Origin: a virus
Taxonomy: Duplodnaviria; Caudoviricetes
IMG/VR virus record: IMGVR_UViG_3300025645_000072
Span: 1 to 62,909 of that record
Length of the DNA stretch: 62,909 nucleotides
Strand: one strand, 5' to 3'
Shown: positions 9,917 through 20,725 of the stretch, piece by piece
Layout: each line of letters opens with the position of its first letter
Numbering within the stretch: the stretch's first letter is position 1
Notes under the pieces: model-generated
The model's database searches: none
What the model was told of the DNA's origin: nothing
The model's input: the letters and a program-made list of their open reading frames with translations, nothing else
Program-made: the position numbers and the translations under genes

Positions 9917-11344
9917 ATGGCAGGATCAATAGCAGCAAATCCTACTTTCGCACTACAGCCTAGTGCAGAGCAGGTAGTATTACAAACAAACTATATCACT
10001 AATTTTGATTTCTTAAATCAATATTTACCAGATACTTATGAAAAAGAATTTGAAAGATATGGAAACAGAACAGTAGCATCATTCTTAAGAATGGTAGGTG
10101 CTGAAATGCCTTCTAACTCTGACCTTATCAAATGGGCAGAGCAAGGAAGATTACACACTAAATATGTAGACGTAGTTTCAGCAGCAGCTGCAGGGTCTAA
10201 CACAGCAGTATTAACTATAGGTGACGTATTAGTGCCAGGAAGCGGATCAATCGCTTTAAGAGTAGGTCAAACAATTATGATCTCTGATAACACAGCAGCT
10301 TCAGTTTTAACTAACAAAGCATTAATTACTGCAGTAGATACAGCTAACGCAACTATTACTGTAGCTTATTATGAAGCGGGAGGTCAAGCAGTAGCGGCAG
10401 CAGTTGTTACTTCTTTATTTGTATATGGTTCTGAATTCCAAAAAGGAACAAACGGAATGCAAGGTCAATTAGAAGCTGATGATGATATTTACAGCAATTC
10501 ACCAATTATCATAAAAGATAAGTATGCGGTATCAGGATCTGATATGGCTCAAATTGGATGGATTGAGGTAACTACAGAAAACGGAGCAACTGGTTTCTTA
10601 TGGTACTTAAAGTCTGAACACGAAACAAGATTAAGATTTGAAGACTACTTAGAAACAGCTATGGTGGAAGCAGTTCCAGCAGCAGCAGGTGGTGGTGTTG
10701 CAGCAATTGCAGCAGGTGTAGCTTCAGGAGTTGGTAACAAAGGATCTGAAGGTTTATTCTATGTAGTAAACAACAGAGGTAATGTATGGTCTGGTGGAAA
10801 CCCAAGTACATTAGCTGAATTCGATTCTATTATCCAAAGATTAGACAAACAAGGATCTATTGAAGAAAATGTTATTTTCTTAAACAGAGAGTTTGGATTT
10901 GATATTGATGATATGTTAGCTTCTCAAAACTCTTATGGTGCAAATGGTACTTCTTATGGTCTTTTTGACAATGACAAAGATATGGCATTGAACTTAGGAT
11001 TTACAGGATTCCGTAGAGGATATGACTTTTACAAGTCTGACTGGAAATACTTAAATGACCCAACAATGAGAGGTGGTTTAGTAGGTGGAAAAATCAATGG
11101 TATTTTAGTACCAGCTGGTTCAACTACAGTTTATGACCAAGTACTTGGTAAAAACGCTAAGAGACCATTCTTACACGTTAGATACAGAGCTTCAGAAACT
11201 GAAGACAGACGTTATAAAACTTGGATTACAGGTTCTGCTGGTGGAGCGGCTACTTCTAGCTTAGATGCAATGGAAGTAAACTTCTTATCAGAAAGAGCTT
11301 TATGTACTTTAGGTGCTAATAACTTCTTCTTATTCAAAGGATAA
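9917..11344 (+). CDS. Major capsid protein
   Basis: 475 aa, position after the scaffold, strongly biased codon usage, followed by a terminator. Confidence 0.85.
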   Translation: MAGSIAANPTFALQPSAEQVVLQTNYITNFDFLNQYLPDTYEKEFERYGNRTVASFLRMVGAEMPSNSDLIKWAEQGRLHTKYVDVVSAAAAGSNTAVLTIGDVLVPGSGSIALRVGQTIMISDNTAASVLTNKALITAVDTANATITVAYYEAGGQAVAAAVVTSLFVYGSEFQKGTNGMQGQLEADDDIYSNSPIIIKDKYAVSGSDMAQIGWIEVTTENGATGFLWYLKSEHETRLRFEDYLETAMVEAVPAAAGGGVAAIAAGVASGVGNKGSEGLFYVVNNRGNVWSGGNPSTLAEFDSIIQRLDKQGSIEENVIFLNREFGFDIDDMLASQNSYGANGTSYGLFDNDKDMALNLGFTGFRRGYDFYKSDWKYLNDPTMRGGLVGGKINGILVPAGSTTVYDQVLGKNAKRPFLHVRYRASETEDRRYKTWITGSAGGAATSSLDAMEVNFLSERALCTLGANNFFLFKG

Positions 11345-11355
11345 GATAACAATTT

Positions 11356-11400
11356 GTAATTTTTACCCTCGTTATAAAGACGGGGGTAATTATTACTTTT
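11356..11400 (+). terminator. Intrinsic terminator after capsid gene
   Basis: TTACCCTCGT/ACGGGGGTAA stem with extended flanking pairs and a T tail. Confidence 0.7.
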
Positions 11401-11421
11401 ATAAACTTTAATTTAAATCAA

Positions 11422-12183
11422 ATGAAAAACACAAAAAAAATAGTTTTAGTTAATAAAACTTACAAATTAAAAGGAGATGTTGCTCCTTTAAGTTTAATGA
11501 TACCAGCTAGAAATAGCAGACGATCACCTTTAATGTATTTTGACGAAGACAAGGGAGTAAACAGAGCGCTTCGTTATGCAAGAAATCAAAAAAGTCCTTT
11601 CGAGGACGAGCAAGATGGTAACGCCATCCTAGAGCCTATCGTATTTGAAGATGGGTTTTTATTTGTTCCTAAAACAAATCCAGTATTACAACAGTTTTTA
11701 TCATTACACCCATCTAACGGACATTTATTTATGGAAGTAGATAAGGAGGTTGATGCTACTGCTGATGTTGACACTTTAGATATGGAGCTTGAAGCTCAAG
11801 TATCTGCTAAAGGATTAAGCGTAGAGCTTATGGAAACCATTGGTAGGGTTGTAATTGGATTAAATGTGGACAAACTTAGTTCGGCAGAATTAAAAAGAGA
11901 TATAAGGTTATTTGCAAAAAGATACCCTCAAGATTTTTTAGAATCTCTTAACGATCCTTTATTAATTTTACAGAATAAATGTTCTCAATTTTTGTCAAAC
12001 AATTTAATTATAATGAAAAATGAAAAAGATGTTTATTATAATTTAAAACAAAACAAGAAAAAACTACTAACTGTTCCCTACGGAGAAGATCCTTTATTTA
12101 TATTGGCATCGTTCTTTCAAAGTGATGAAGGACAGGCAGTATTTACTTTATTAAGTAATAGATTAAAAAAACTAGACGAATAA
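11422..12183 (+). CDS. Conserved head-module protein of unknown function
   Basis: 253 aa directly after the capsid gene. Confidence 0.6.
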   Translation: MKNTKKIVLVNKTYKLKGDVAPLSLMIPARNSRRSPLMYFDEDKGVNRALRYARNQKSPFEDEQDGNAILEPIVFEDGFLFVPKTNPVLQQFLSLHPSNGHLFMEVDKEVDATADVDTLDMELEAQVSAKGLSVELMETIGRVVIGLNVDKLSSAELKRDIRLFAKRYPQDFLESLNDPLLILQNKCSQFLSNNLIIMKNEKDVYYNLKQNKKKLLTVPYGEDPLFILASFFQSDEGQAVFTLLSNRLKKLDE

Positions 12184-12221
12184 GTATTGCATAATAATGC
12201 AATTAATTGTTTAAATGTTAT

Positions 12222-12256
12222 AGAGGTTTCACTAAAATGAAGCCTCTTTTTTTTTT
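12222..12256 (+). terminator. Intrinsic terminator
   Basis: AGAGGTTTCA/TGAAGCCTCT stem followed by a long T run. Confidence 0.8.
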
Positions 12257-12258
12257 CG

Positions 12259-12266
12259 TATCTTTG
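12259..12266 (+). promoter_or_regulatory. -7 promoter box TATCTTTG
   Basis: TAnnTTTG just after the terminator and before ATG 12285. Confidence 0.6.
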
Positions 12267-12284
12267 TTTAAATAACAATTTGAA

Positions 12285-13259
12285 ATGATTAACACAGTAA
12301 GAGCAACAGTATTGTCGATTGCGAATAAAAACAATTACGGATATATAACTCCTAGTGATTTTAATTTATATGCAAAGCAAGCTCAATTAGATATTTTTGA
12401 AGATTATTTTTATCAATATAATAGTTGGATTATAAAGCAAAATGCCAGAGTTTCTGGCAGTGAATATGCAGATATACTAAAAGGATTAGTAGAGGTTATC
12501 GATAGTTTTTCTGAAACAAGAGGTTTAATTAATAATGGTATCAACTTATATAATCTTCCCGAAAACTACTACTTGATAAATAAAGTAAACTACTACCCTA
12601 ACGTTATACTTTCATCTACCAGTACAGCGGCTGGATTAAATACGCTTACTGATGCTAATGCTACTTTCGTTACAACAGGAACTGTAAAACCTGGACAATT
12701 TGTATCAAACACTTCAGTAAACAGTATATACGCTGGATTTGGTGCATATGTGATTAGTGTGGATTCAGAGACTCAATTAACATTATCTGGAAATCCATTT
12801 GGTACTGCAAGTACAGTAGGTAATTCATACACTATTGTAACAACAGCAGGTATAAGAGAAATAGAAAGAGTTTCTCAAAATAAAATATTTTATTTAAATT
12901 CTTCTAGTTTAACATCACCAAGTGCTTCGTATCCTGCCTATGTTTTAGGAGGTGGTACTAGCACCGCTATTGGAAATACTATAACTGTATATCCTGAAAG
13001 CATAACTGGTGCTGGTAAAATTTTATCACAATATATAAGATACCCATTAGATCCTAACTGGACATATAGTACATTAACAGCTGGAGAGCCTGTTTTTGAT
13101 GAAGGTGCGGCAGATTATCAAGATTTTGAACTTCCTGATTCTGATGAACCTAATTTAGTAAATAAGATATTGCAATATGCAGGTGTATCAATAAGAGAGA
13201 ATGATATAGCTACATTTGGAAATATTCAAGAACAAGAAGATAATCAACAACAATCATAA
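12285..13259 (+). CDS. Putative neck/ring (head-tail adaptor) protein
   Basis: GYITPSDFNLYAKQAQ N-terminus and YIRYP..P C-terminal motif; position in the structural module. Confidence 0.55.
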   Translation: MINTVRATVLSIANKNNYGYITPSDFNLYAKQAQLDIFEDYFYQYNSWIIKQNARVSGSEYADILKGLVEVIDSFSETRGLINNGINLYNLPENYYLINKVNYYPNVILSSTSTAAGLNTLTDANATFVTTGTVKPGQFVSNTSVNSIYAGFGAYVISVDSETQLTLSGNPFGTASTVGNSYTIVTTAGIREIERVSQNKIFYLNSSSLTSPSASYPAYVLGGGTSTAIGNTITVYPESITGAGKILSQYIRYPLDPNWTYSTLTAGEPVFDEGAADYQDFELPDSDEPNLVNKILQYAGVSIRENDIATFGNIQEQEDNQQQS

Positions 13260-13262
13260 GAA

Positions 13263-14186
13263 ATGGCATATATAACAGACTATCAATATTATGAAAACGG
13301 AGGGGTTAATCCCACGAATTCAAACTGGGGGTCATACCAATTTGTATCACTAGATGATATAGTAAATAACTTTATGCTAATGTATGTTGGTAATGACAAA
13401 CTAATAAACAATGTAGAGAAATATAATATTTTATTTCACGCAAAGCGAGGTATTCAAGAATTGAATTACGATGCTATGAAAGAAATAAAGGTTTTAGAAC
13501 TAAGTGTTTGTGATCAATTAAGATATGTACTTCCTCCTGATTATGTAAATTGGGTTAGAATATCAATATATCAAAATGGTGTTCTTATGCCATTAACAGA
13601 AAATATCCAAACCAATTGGAGTAATGCTTATTTACAAGCAAACGATTGTAAAATATTATTTGATGAATATGGAAATATATTAAAGCCAGAAAATTCTACT
13701 ATAGATGTAGATAGAATGTCTGGTCAAAAGAAAAGTCTTTATTTAAATTCTAATAGCAGTCAAGATGGTAATATGGGTTATAATATAGATGGGTCTTGGT
13801 ATTTTGATTATAGTGTTGGACAACGTTATGGTCTTAATACAGAAACAGCTAACTCAAACCCTACATTTAAAATTAACAAAGCTTCAGGAGTTATAAATTT
13901 TAGTTCTGGAGCAGCAGATAAGCTAGTTATTTTAGAGTATGTTTCAGATGGTATGGAAAATGGCGTAGACTCTGAAATAAATTTAAATAAACTATTTGAA
14001 GATTTTATTTATGCGTACATAAAATATGCTATATTAACAAGTAAATACGGGGTGCAAGAATACATTATAAATAGGGCTAAAAAAGAAAAAACAGCTTTAT
14101 TAAGAAATGCAAAAATACGATTAAGTAACATACATCCAGGAAGATTGTTAATGAATCTAAGGGGTCAAGATAAATGGTTGAAATAA
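13263..14186 (+). CDS. Putative tail tubular/ring protein
   Basis: LPPDYVNWVRI motif; precedes the tail stabilisation gene. Confidence 0.55.
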   Translation: MAYITDYQYYENGGVNPTNSNWGSYQFVSLDDIVNNFMLMYVGNDKLINNVEKYNILFHAKRGIQELNYDAMKEIKVLELSVCDQLRYVLPPDYVNWVRISIYQNGVLMPLTENIQTNWSNAYLQANDCKILFDEYGNILKPENSTIDVDRMSGQKKSLYLNSNSSQDGNMGYNIDGSWYFDYSVGQRYGLNTETANSNPTFKINKASGVINFSSGAADKLVILEYVSDGMENGVDSEINLNKLFEDFIYAYIKYAILTSKYGVQEYIINRAKKEKTALLRNAKIRLSNIHPGRLLMNLRGQDKWLK

Positions 14187-14187
14187 T

Positions 14188-17100
14188 ATGCCACAGTTTA
14201 CAAGAAATTTTATAAAAGGGAGAATGAATAAGAGCGTTGATGAACGATTAGTTCCTCAAGGTGAATATATTGATGCTCAAAATTGTAGACTGGGATCTAC
14301 AGAAAACACAGAAATAGGTGCTGTAGAAAACTCTCTAGGAAACACAAGGTTAACAACTTTAACTTACGAAGGTCAGGCTTTAGGCTCTGATGCTAAATGT
14401 ATTGGCGCTTATGAAGATGGAGGTAACGAGACTATGTATTGGTTTGTTAATGATCCATCTAATGGAACTTCTAATACTGGAGTTGTAGATATGATTGTTT
14501 CATACGATACAAAAAATGATTCTTTATTTTACCACGTAATATCGACTAGTATATTAAATTTTAACAATAAAAATTTAATAACAGGTGTTAATCTTATAGA
14601 TGGTTTATTGTTTTTTACAGACAATTTAAATCCTCCTAGAAAGATAAATGTTAACAGAACATATCAATATCCTATAAATGACGTTGATCAAATTACAGAA
14701 CAAGATATAGGAGTTATTGTTGCGCCTCCATTATTTGCGCCTACATTAACACCAACTCAACAGGGTGGTGGGGAAAATTATATGAAAGAAATTATGATTT
14801 CTTTTGCATACCGATACCAATATGAAGATAATGAGTATTCGGCTATGTCGCCTTTTTCACCTATATCATTTTCACCTGGTCCGTTTCAATTAGATTATTC
14901 TACCTATGACAATATAGGTATGGAAAACGTATATAATAGTGTTATTGTAAAATTTAATACAGGAACAAAAAATGTTAAAGGAATAGATTTATTATTTAAA
15001 TCAACAAACTTTACAACGGTAAATGTAATAGAGAGATTTAACAAGCTTGATCAAGGGTGGTTAGACAATGTAGAGCAAACCTTTCAGTTTACAAATCAAA
15101 AAATATACACAGTACTTCCTGAAGCTCAAATGATTAGATTGTTTGACAATGTTCCAAGAATAGCTCAAGCACAAACACTAATGGGCAACAGGCTAATGTA
15201 TGGAAACTATGTTGATGGATATAATATAACTAATTCTGATGGTCAAGATGTTTACTTAGATTATGAATTAGATTTAGTTACAGAAAATTTATCATCTGAT
15301 CAAACATCATCTGTAAATAGTGACTTTAACTATTCTATAAATGGTTCAGTAAATGTTATAAATGGTACTGCTAGTTATGATATTTCTGGATATGATTTAA
15401 AAGCAGGCGCTCAAATAGGAATTGACTTTAATTTAGGTCATTCTCAATTTTCAGGTGCGTCAGAATATGTTGATGGAACAGAGCCTTTGAATCAATTTGA
15501 AAATACATTTTTATATAATTTACAAGAAGACTATGCAAATGCACACGACCTAGTGACTTCACCAGGTTTTATTGCTGCAATATCTGAATTTATTGCGCCC
15601 TCAGACTCAACTTGTTTTCCTCCATTTTGTACAACAGGATGTACAAGTGGAACATCTATTACAGACTTAATTAACTGTGCTGTAGTGCCAAAAACAAGCT
15701 GGTACAAAATAGGTTTTGGTTTATCAGGAACAAACCAAGGAATGTCTATAGGTTCTACGCCAGGGAGTAACACGTTTTCTTTGACAGCTCAAGCTATTAA
15801 GTATGAAAAATATGATGTGAGCGTATCTCCTGCTGTTCCTTTAGGAATATTTGCATATGAATATTTTACTGTTCTTCAATCAGAATTTTTATATAGTTTA
15901 AGTTCATCTAAAAGTAGTTTACATAGTGACAGAGATTACGAAGTAGGTATTGTATATGAAGACGATTATGGAAGAGCAAGTACAGCTTTAGTTGATACAA
16001 ACAATACTGTATATGTTCCTTGTGATAATTCTATTACAAAAAACACAATAAAAGTTACTTTAAATAGTTACCCACCTTATTGGGCTACCAAATATAAATT
16101 TGTTTTAAAACCATCTAAAGATGAATATAGAACAGTATACTCAAACATATTTTTTCAAGAAGAAGAAACGGGTAATGTATGGTTTAAGCTGGAAGGAGAT
16201 AATAAAACTAAAGTTGTTTTAAACGAAAACTTAAAAGTTAAGTCTGATACTAATGGACCTGTTTTAAGATGTGTTAATACAAAGGTTCTTGATTATGGTA
16301 GTCAAGTAGAAAATTGGTTGTGTGATAGAAATAGTGATGGAACTTTAGTTGATGACACTTGTGGTCAGCCAACAGGAGTCTATATGCAACTTAGACCAAG
16401 TAACTTTTCAGCTGCTTCTCCAGAAAATGCTTTTATAAACTACGGAGAAAAAGGATGTAAAGGTTCTTATTGTGCTGTTAGTTATGATGTTTCTATTGAA
16501 AATCCAGATACTACAGGACCTACAGATTTATATATTCCATACTCTATACCAGCGGGTAGTATTGTTCAAATAAAATTAAGAGAGCAAAGATACAAGAGAG
16601 GTAGTAGGTGTGGTAGTAGACAGTATTTATATGACAAAACGTTTACTGCTAGTCAAGATTATGATAGTATGTATGCTTTTGTTGAAGGTGATAATATTGA
16701 TTTGACAAATGGTCAGTCAGCTGGATCTGATAGCACTATAAATAATATAAATCAACCTAGTACTTTATATCCTTACTTTACTTCTTTAGCAAGTGGTGGT
16801 CAGTCTTATTACTCTTTTCAAACAGACGCTTCTAATGGTAAAATGTATCTAGTTGGACAGAACGGAACACCTCAATGTAATCCACCAGACAAAAGAAATT
16901 CTTATGGAAACATAGAGATTGTAGTTCAAAGAGCAACTACTCTTATGGTTTTTGAAACTGAAGCAAAGGATGCAAATACAGAGCTTTATTATGAAAATGA
17001 ACAGGTGTTTAATATATCTGGAGGTTATCATCAATCAGGATCTAATGATACAGATCAAGACCAAACAGTGAGCTTACCTGCTGTAGTAAATTTAACTTTT

Positions 17101-19011
17101 AGCAATTGCTTTACTTTTGGAAATGGTGTAGAATCAAATAGGGTTTTAGATGCGCTAGCAACTCCTAGTTTTACTATTGGAGAAAAAGTTACTTCAGTAT
17201 CTGAAGAACAATATAAAGAATCTTTACGATTTAGTGACATAACTTATAGTGGAAACTATAATCAAGAGTCTAATATAAATAAGCTCAATGAGTTTAATTT
17301 AGGGTTGTCTAATTTTAAAACACTAGAAAGTTCTTACGGTCCTATTAGAAAATTACATTCAAGACAAACAGACATACTTACTTTACAGGAAGATAAAATA
17401 TCTTATGTACTTGTAGGAAAAAATTTACTTTCTGATGCTGCTGCTGGTGGAGCTATAACATCTGTTCCAGAGGTTTTAGGAACTCAGTTAGCAAGAATAG
17501 AAGAGTATGGTATAAGTAATAATCCTGAGAGTTTTACATCTTATGGTTACGATGTTTATTTTACAGATTCAAAAAGAAGCTCTGTAATAAATATTAGAGG
17601 TGGTGTAGGCGCAAAGTCAGATAAGCTTCAAATAATATCTTCTTTAGGTATGCGTAGTTGGTTTAGAGATTTGTTTACAGAAAACTTTAATACACAAAAA
17701 CTAGGTGGATATGATCCTTATATGAATGAGTTTGTCTTAACAAATAACAATGAGCAAGTACCTGTTATCCCTACTGAAAGAGATTGTGGGTATGAACTTA
17801 GACAAAACAATTCAAGTGAGGTTGTGTCTTTTAATTTAGACTGTACTTCAACAATAGGTGATGTAGCTTGTGTTTATAATTTTGATTCTGGAAGCGCAAC
17901 ACTTCTTGTTAATTATAATGGGGTTAGTGTTGTTAACCAAACAATTAGCGGTTCTGGAACTGTTACCTGGAATAAAGGTCAATCTTTTCCAACAACTGCA
18001 CAGGTTACTGTGACACCAACAGCTGCAACTTATTCTTTACAAATAGGGTGTCCTCAAACAGAAAATTTAACAGTAAAAAGAATAGTAATAAATTCTTCAG
18101 GAGATGCAGCCCTGTCTTCAAGTGTAAGATACAGGTGGTCTGATGGGACTACAATAAGCCCTTATCAAAGTGACAATGTTATTTTAGAAGAGGATGGAGT
18201 TTCTTTATTTGAGTCTCAAACTGGTCCTTCTTCATTTGGTACAATACCACCTGATGGAGCAACAGTTACTATGCAAAACAGACAGTTAAGTGGAGATACA
18301 TTTCCGTTTGATCCATTATCTGATAAGTTAAAGTATTTAGTTTCTAATACAAATTATAATGAAGCTGATGTAAACACATTAATACCTTTATTAAATACTG
18401 CAACACCAATTACTAATGTAGGTGGTAACACTTATCAATCAAGCTTTACGTACACTAATGCATCAAATGATGACTATTTATATTTAGTTTGGGATTATAG
18501 AGTAGCTACACCAATTGAATTGTGTTACAATGCTACAAGCTCTGAAGGGTCTTGTTGTGATTGTGGTACTGATGCTCCTGTTTGTCCAGATAGAACTTTA
18601 GTGTTCCAGGTATGTAATAGTAATTCAGCTAAAGATGATAACTTCGATGTTTACCTGAACAATAATTACATAGGAGCGTTAGACTTAAATGCTAACTCTC
18701 AAGTTGGTTCTGTATTTATTGCGACTACAAATACTTCTGCAACAATTACAAGTTCAGATTTTGTATGTCCTTTAAACAATATGGTAACATACAGATTTGA
18801 TCCTAACTTTGTAGTAGGGGGAGCAAATACCTTAGAACTTAGAAATACTCAAAATAATAATAATGGTAATTACGGTTCTATTGGTATGAGAAATTACCTT
18901 ACAACGGGTAATAATTTATCTAGTCCTTGCGTGGTAACTGATTTAGTTTATTCAGGAGGTTCAGGTCAAAGTTTTACATTTAATTTTAGTTATGACGAAT
19001 GTTGTCCATAA
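14188..19011 (+). CDS. Tail stabilisation/nozzle protein (P22 gp10-like), N-terminal major part with Cys-rich C-terminal extension
   Basis: GRMNKSVDERLVPQGEY start, LFFTDNLNPPRKIN, GNRLMYGNY, YGISNNPESF and GGYDPY motifs of podovirus beta-propeller nozzle proteins. Confidence 0.7.
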   Translation: MPQFTRNFIKGRMNKSVDERLVPQGEYIDAQNCRLGSTENTEIGAVENSLGNTRLTTLTYEGQALGSDAKCIGAYEDGGNETMYWFVNDPSNGTSNTGVVDMIVSYDTKNDSLFYHVISTSILNFNNKNLITGVNLIDGLLFFTDNLNPPRKINVNRTYQYPINDVDQITEQDIGVIVAPPLFAPTLTPTQQGGGENYMKEIMISFAYRYQYEDNEYSAMSPFSPISFSPGPFQLDYSTYDNIGMENVYNSVIVKFNTGTKNVKGIDLLFKSTNFTTVNVIERFNKLDQGWLDNVEQTFQFTNQKIYTVLPEAQMIRLFDNVPRIAQAQTLMGNRLMYGNYVDGYNITNSDGQDVYLDYELDLVTENLSSDQTSSVNSDFNYSINGSVNVINGTASYDISGYDLKAGAQIGIDFNLGHSQFSGASEYVDGTEPLNQFENTFLYNLQEDYANAHDLVTSPGFIAAISEFIAPSDSTCFPPFCTTGCTSGTSITDLINCAVVPKTSWYKIGFGLSGTNQGMSIGSTPGSNTFSLTAQAIKYEKYDVSVSPAVPLGIFAYEYFTVLQSEFLYSLSSSKSSLHSDRDYEVGIVYEDDYGRASTALVDTNNTVYVPCDNSITKNTIKVTLNSYPPYWATKYKFVLKPSKDEYRTVYSNIFFQEEETGNVWFKLEGDNKTKVVLNENLKVKSDTNGPVLRCVNTKVLDYGSQVENWLCDRNSDGTLVDDTCGQPTGVYMQLRPSNFSAASPENAFINYGEKGCKGSYCAVSYDVSIENPDTTGPTDLYIPYSIPAGSIVQIKLREQRYKRGSRCGSRQYLYDKTFTASQDYDSMYAFVEGDNIDLTNGQSAGSDSTINNINQPSTLYPYFTSLASGGQSYYSFQTDASNGKMYLVGQNGTPQCNPPDKRNSYGNIEIVVQRATTLMVFETEAKDANTELYYENEQVFNISGGYHQSGSNDTDQDQTVSLPAVVNLTFSNCFTFGNGVESNRVLDALATPSFTIGEKVTSVSEEQYKESLRFSDITYSGNYNQESNINKLNEFNLGLSNFKTLESSYGPIRKLHSRQTDILTLQEDKISYVLVGKNLLSDAAAGGAITSVPEVLGTQLARIEEYGISNNPESFTSYGYDVYFTDSKRSSVINIRGGVGAKSDKLQIISSLGMRSWFRDLFTENFNTQKLGGYDPYMNEFVLTNNNEQVPVIPTERDCGYELRQNNSSEVVSFNLDCTSTIGDVACVYNFDSGSATLLVNYNGVSVVNQTISGSGTVTWNKGQSFPTTAQVTVTPTAATYSLQIGCPQTENLTVKRIVINSSGDAALSSSVRYRWSDGTTISPYQSDNVILEEDGVSLFESQTGPSSFGTIPPDGATVTMQNRQLSGDTFPFDPLSDKLKYLVSNTNYNEADVNTLIPLLNTATPITNVGGNTYQSSFTYTNASNDDYLYLVWDYRVATPIELCYNATSSEGSCCDCGTDAPVCPDRTLVFQVCNSNSAKDDNFDVYLNNNYIGALDLNANSQVGSVFIATTNTSATITSSDFVCPLNNMVTYRFDPNFVVGGANTLELRNTQNNNNGNYGSIGMRNYLTTGNNLSSPCVVTDLVYSGGSGQSFTFNFSYDECCP

Positions 19012-19023
19012 ATAATAAATAAT

Positions 19024-19947
19024 ATGAGTTTAGTAAATAAATATATTGATTCTGTGAGTTTTTTAACTGCAACTGCGGTTTATGATAACGTGAACTTAAC
19101 AGTAAAATCTGCTGATGGTTATTATCAATCTGGTGGTCAATACAGACAACAGGTTTCTGGAGCTTTATTAAGTTCTAGTGTATGTTCTGATTGTTTTACT
19201 TTTGATTCGTTAGATTATGCAGCTAGTAGTTCTAGTGACTTATGCTGTTTAACACAAACACCATCACAGTATTATTATCCAACTGGATCTACTTTCGCAA
19301 ATACTACAAATATTTATACGGATGTAAACTTAACAAACGTTGCTCCAGATGGATTTTATAGTGAGCCAGGTGGTAGCCAGTTTAGACAAATAAGCAGTAG
19401 CGTTTTAGGATCTTTACAATCTTGTTCAAGTTGTTATACATCTAGAACACTAGCCTTTAGCTCTATTTCAGCAGTAGACGTATGTTGTAATTTGCCTTCA
19501 AGTGGCACATATTATGTAGATTATGGTACTACGTTACTAACTACAAGTAGCATATATTCAGATACTTCAGGAACAATTGCAGCTGATGGTTTTTATAAAG
19601 ACCCAACTGGTAATACATACAGAGAAATGTCATCTAGTGTGTTAGCGGCTCAAAATCCTTGTTCTCCTTGTGGAGGTACAAACTCTTGGAAAGCTCAAGA
19701 TTGTAACAGTGGTTCTGTATACTATTATTTAGATCAACAAGACGGTTATTTAAACAACAACTTAATTGTTTTACAATATGGATATAGTGTTGGAGATGTT
19801 GTCTGGGTAAGACAGTCTCCATCGGGAGCTGTTGCTTGCGCCACAATAATAAGTATATCTTCAACTCCTCCAAACTCTAAAATAGACGAGGGAGGTAATA
19901 GTGGAAACGGACCTTATAGTAATTGTAGTTCTTGTTCAATACCTTAA
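19024..19947 (+). CDS. Cys-rich repeat virion protein (three ~75-aa repeats)
   Basis: Repeated Y.D....A.DG(F/Y)Y...R...L....CxxC units. Confidence 0.6.
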   Translation: MSLVNKYIDSVSFLTATAVYDNVNLTVKSADGYYQSGGQYRQQVSGALLSSSVCSDCFTFDSLDYAASSSSDLCCLTQTPSQYYYPTGSTFANTTNIYTDVNLTNVAPDGFYSEPGGSQFRQISSSVLGSLQSCSSCYTSRTLAFSSISAVDVCCNLPSSGTYYVDYGTTLLTTSSIYSDTSGTIAADGFYKDPTGNTYREMSSSVLAAQNPCSPCGGTNSWKAQDCNSGSVYYYLDQQDGYLNNNLIVLQYGYSVGDVVWVRQSPSGAVACATIISISSTPPNSKIDEGGNSGNGPYSNCSSCSIP

Positions 19948-19956
19948 AATAAAAAT

Positions 19957-20706
19957 ATGCCAAACTATACACTAACACATAGTCAAGACGTACAAGGATG
20001 GGCGTCATTTTATAGTTATTACCCTGATTTTATTATGGGTATGAATCAATATCTTTACACTTTTAAGGGTGGTGATATGTATAGACATAACACTAACTCT
20101 ATAAGAAACAACTATTATGGTGTTCAGTATAATTCATCTATAACAAGTGTTTTAAACGATCAGCCACTTCAAACAAAAGTTTTTAAAACTATAGAATTAG
20201 AATCTGATTCTAGCTGGGATGCAACTTTTACAACAGATTTACAGCAAGGTAGTATAGCAAGTTCTTACTTTTCTTTAAAAGAAAGCTCTTATTTTAGTTT
20301 TATAAGATACAATCAAAATCAAGAAAACTTAAATCTTAGATCAACACAAGGAATAGGTACTTGTGCAAATGTAACGGGAAGTGTTGCTGCTCCACCTTTA
20401 GCTATTGAATTTAATTTTTCTGTTGACTCCATACTTAATATAGGTGCAACAGCATATAAAATTGATTCTGGAGCTTTAGTAGAATTAGGTCCTGTAACAT
20501 CAATTTCAGAAGATAGAAGAACTGTTACAGTTCTCAATCCTGTTGCTAATGCAATAGGCGGTGATAGTATAGTGTATTTAAAAGACCCAGTGGCAGAGTC
20601 TTTTGGTATGTTAGGATATTATTTAGAGTTTACTTTAACTAATTCTAATACCACAGCAACAGAATTGTTTTCTGTCAATAGTCAGGTCTTTAAAAGTTAT
20701 CCATAG
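19957..20706 (+). CDS. Probable C-terminal segment of tail stabilisation protein encoded as a separate gene
   Basis: TLT....GWASFYSYYPD...YTFKGG..RHN...KVFKTIELES...LGYY...ELFSV resembles the usual C-terminus of such proteins. Confidence 0.55.
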   Translation: MPNYTLTHSQDVQGWASFYSYYPDFIMGMNQYLYTFKGGDMYRHNTNSIRNNYYGVQYNSSITSVLNDQPLQTKVFKTIELESDSSWDATFTTDLQQGSIASSYFSLKESSYFSFIRYNQNQENLNLRSTQGIGTCANVTGSVAAPPLAIEFNFSVDSILNIGATAYKIDSGALVELGPVTSISEDRRTVTVLNPVANAIGGDSIVYLKDPVAESFGMLGYYLEFTLTNSNTTATELFSVNSQVFKSYP

Positions 20707-20712
20707 ATTTTG

Positions 20713-20720
20713 TATCTTTG
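20713..20720 (+). promoter_or_regulatory. -7 promoter box TATCTTTG (near-leaderless transcript possible)
   Basis: TAnnTTTG ends 5 nt before ATG 20726. Confidence 0.5.
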
Positions 20721-20725
20721 CTCAA

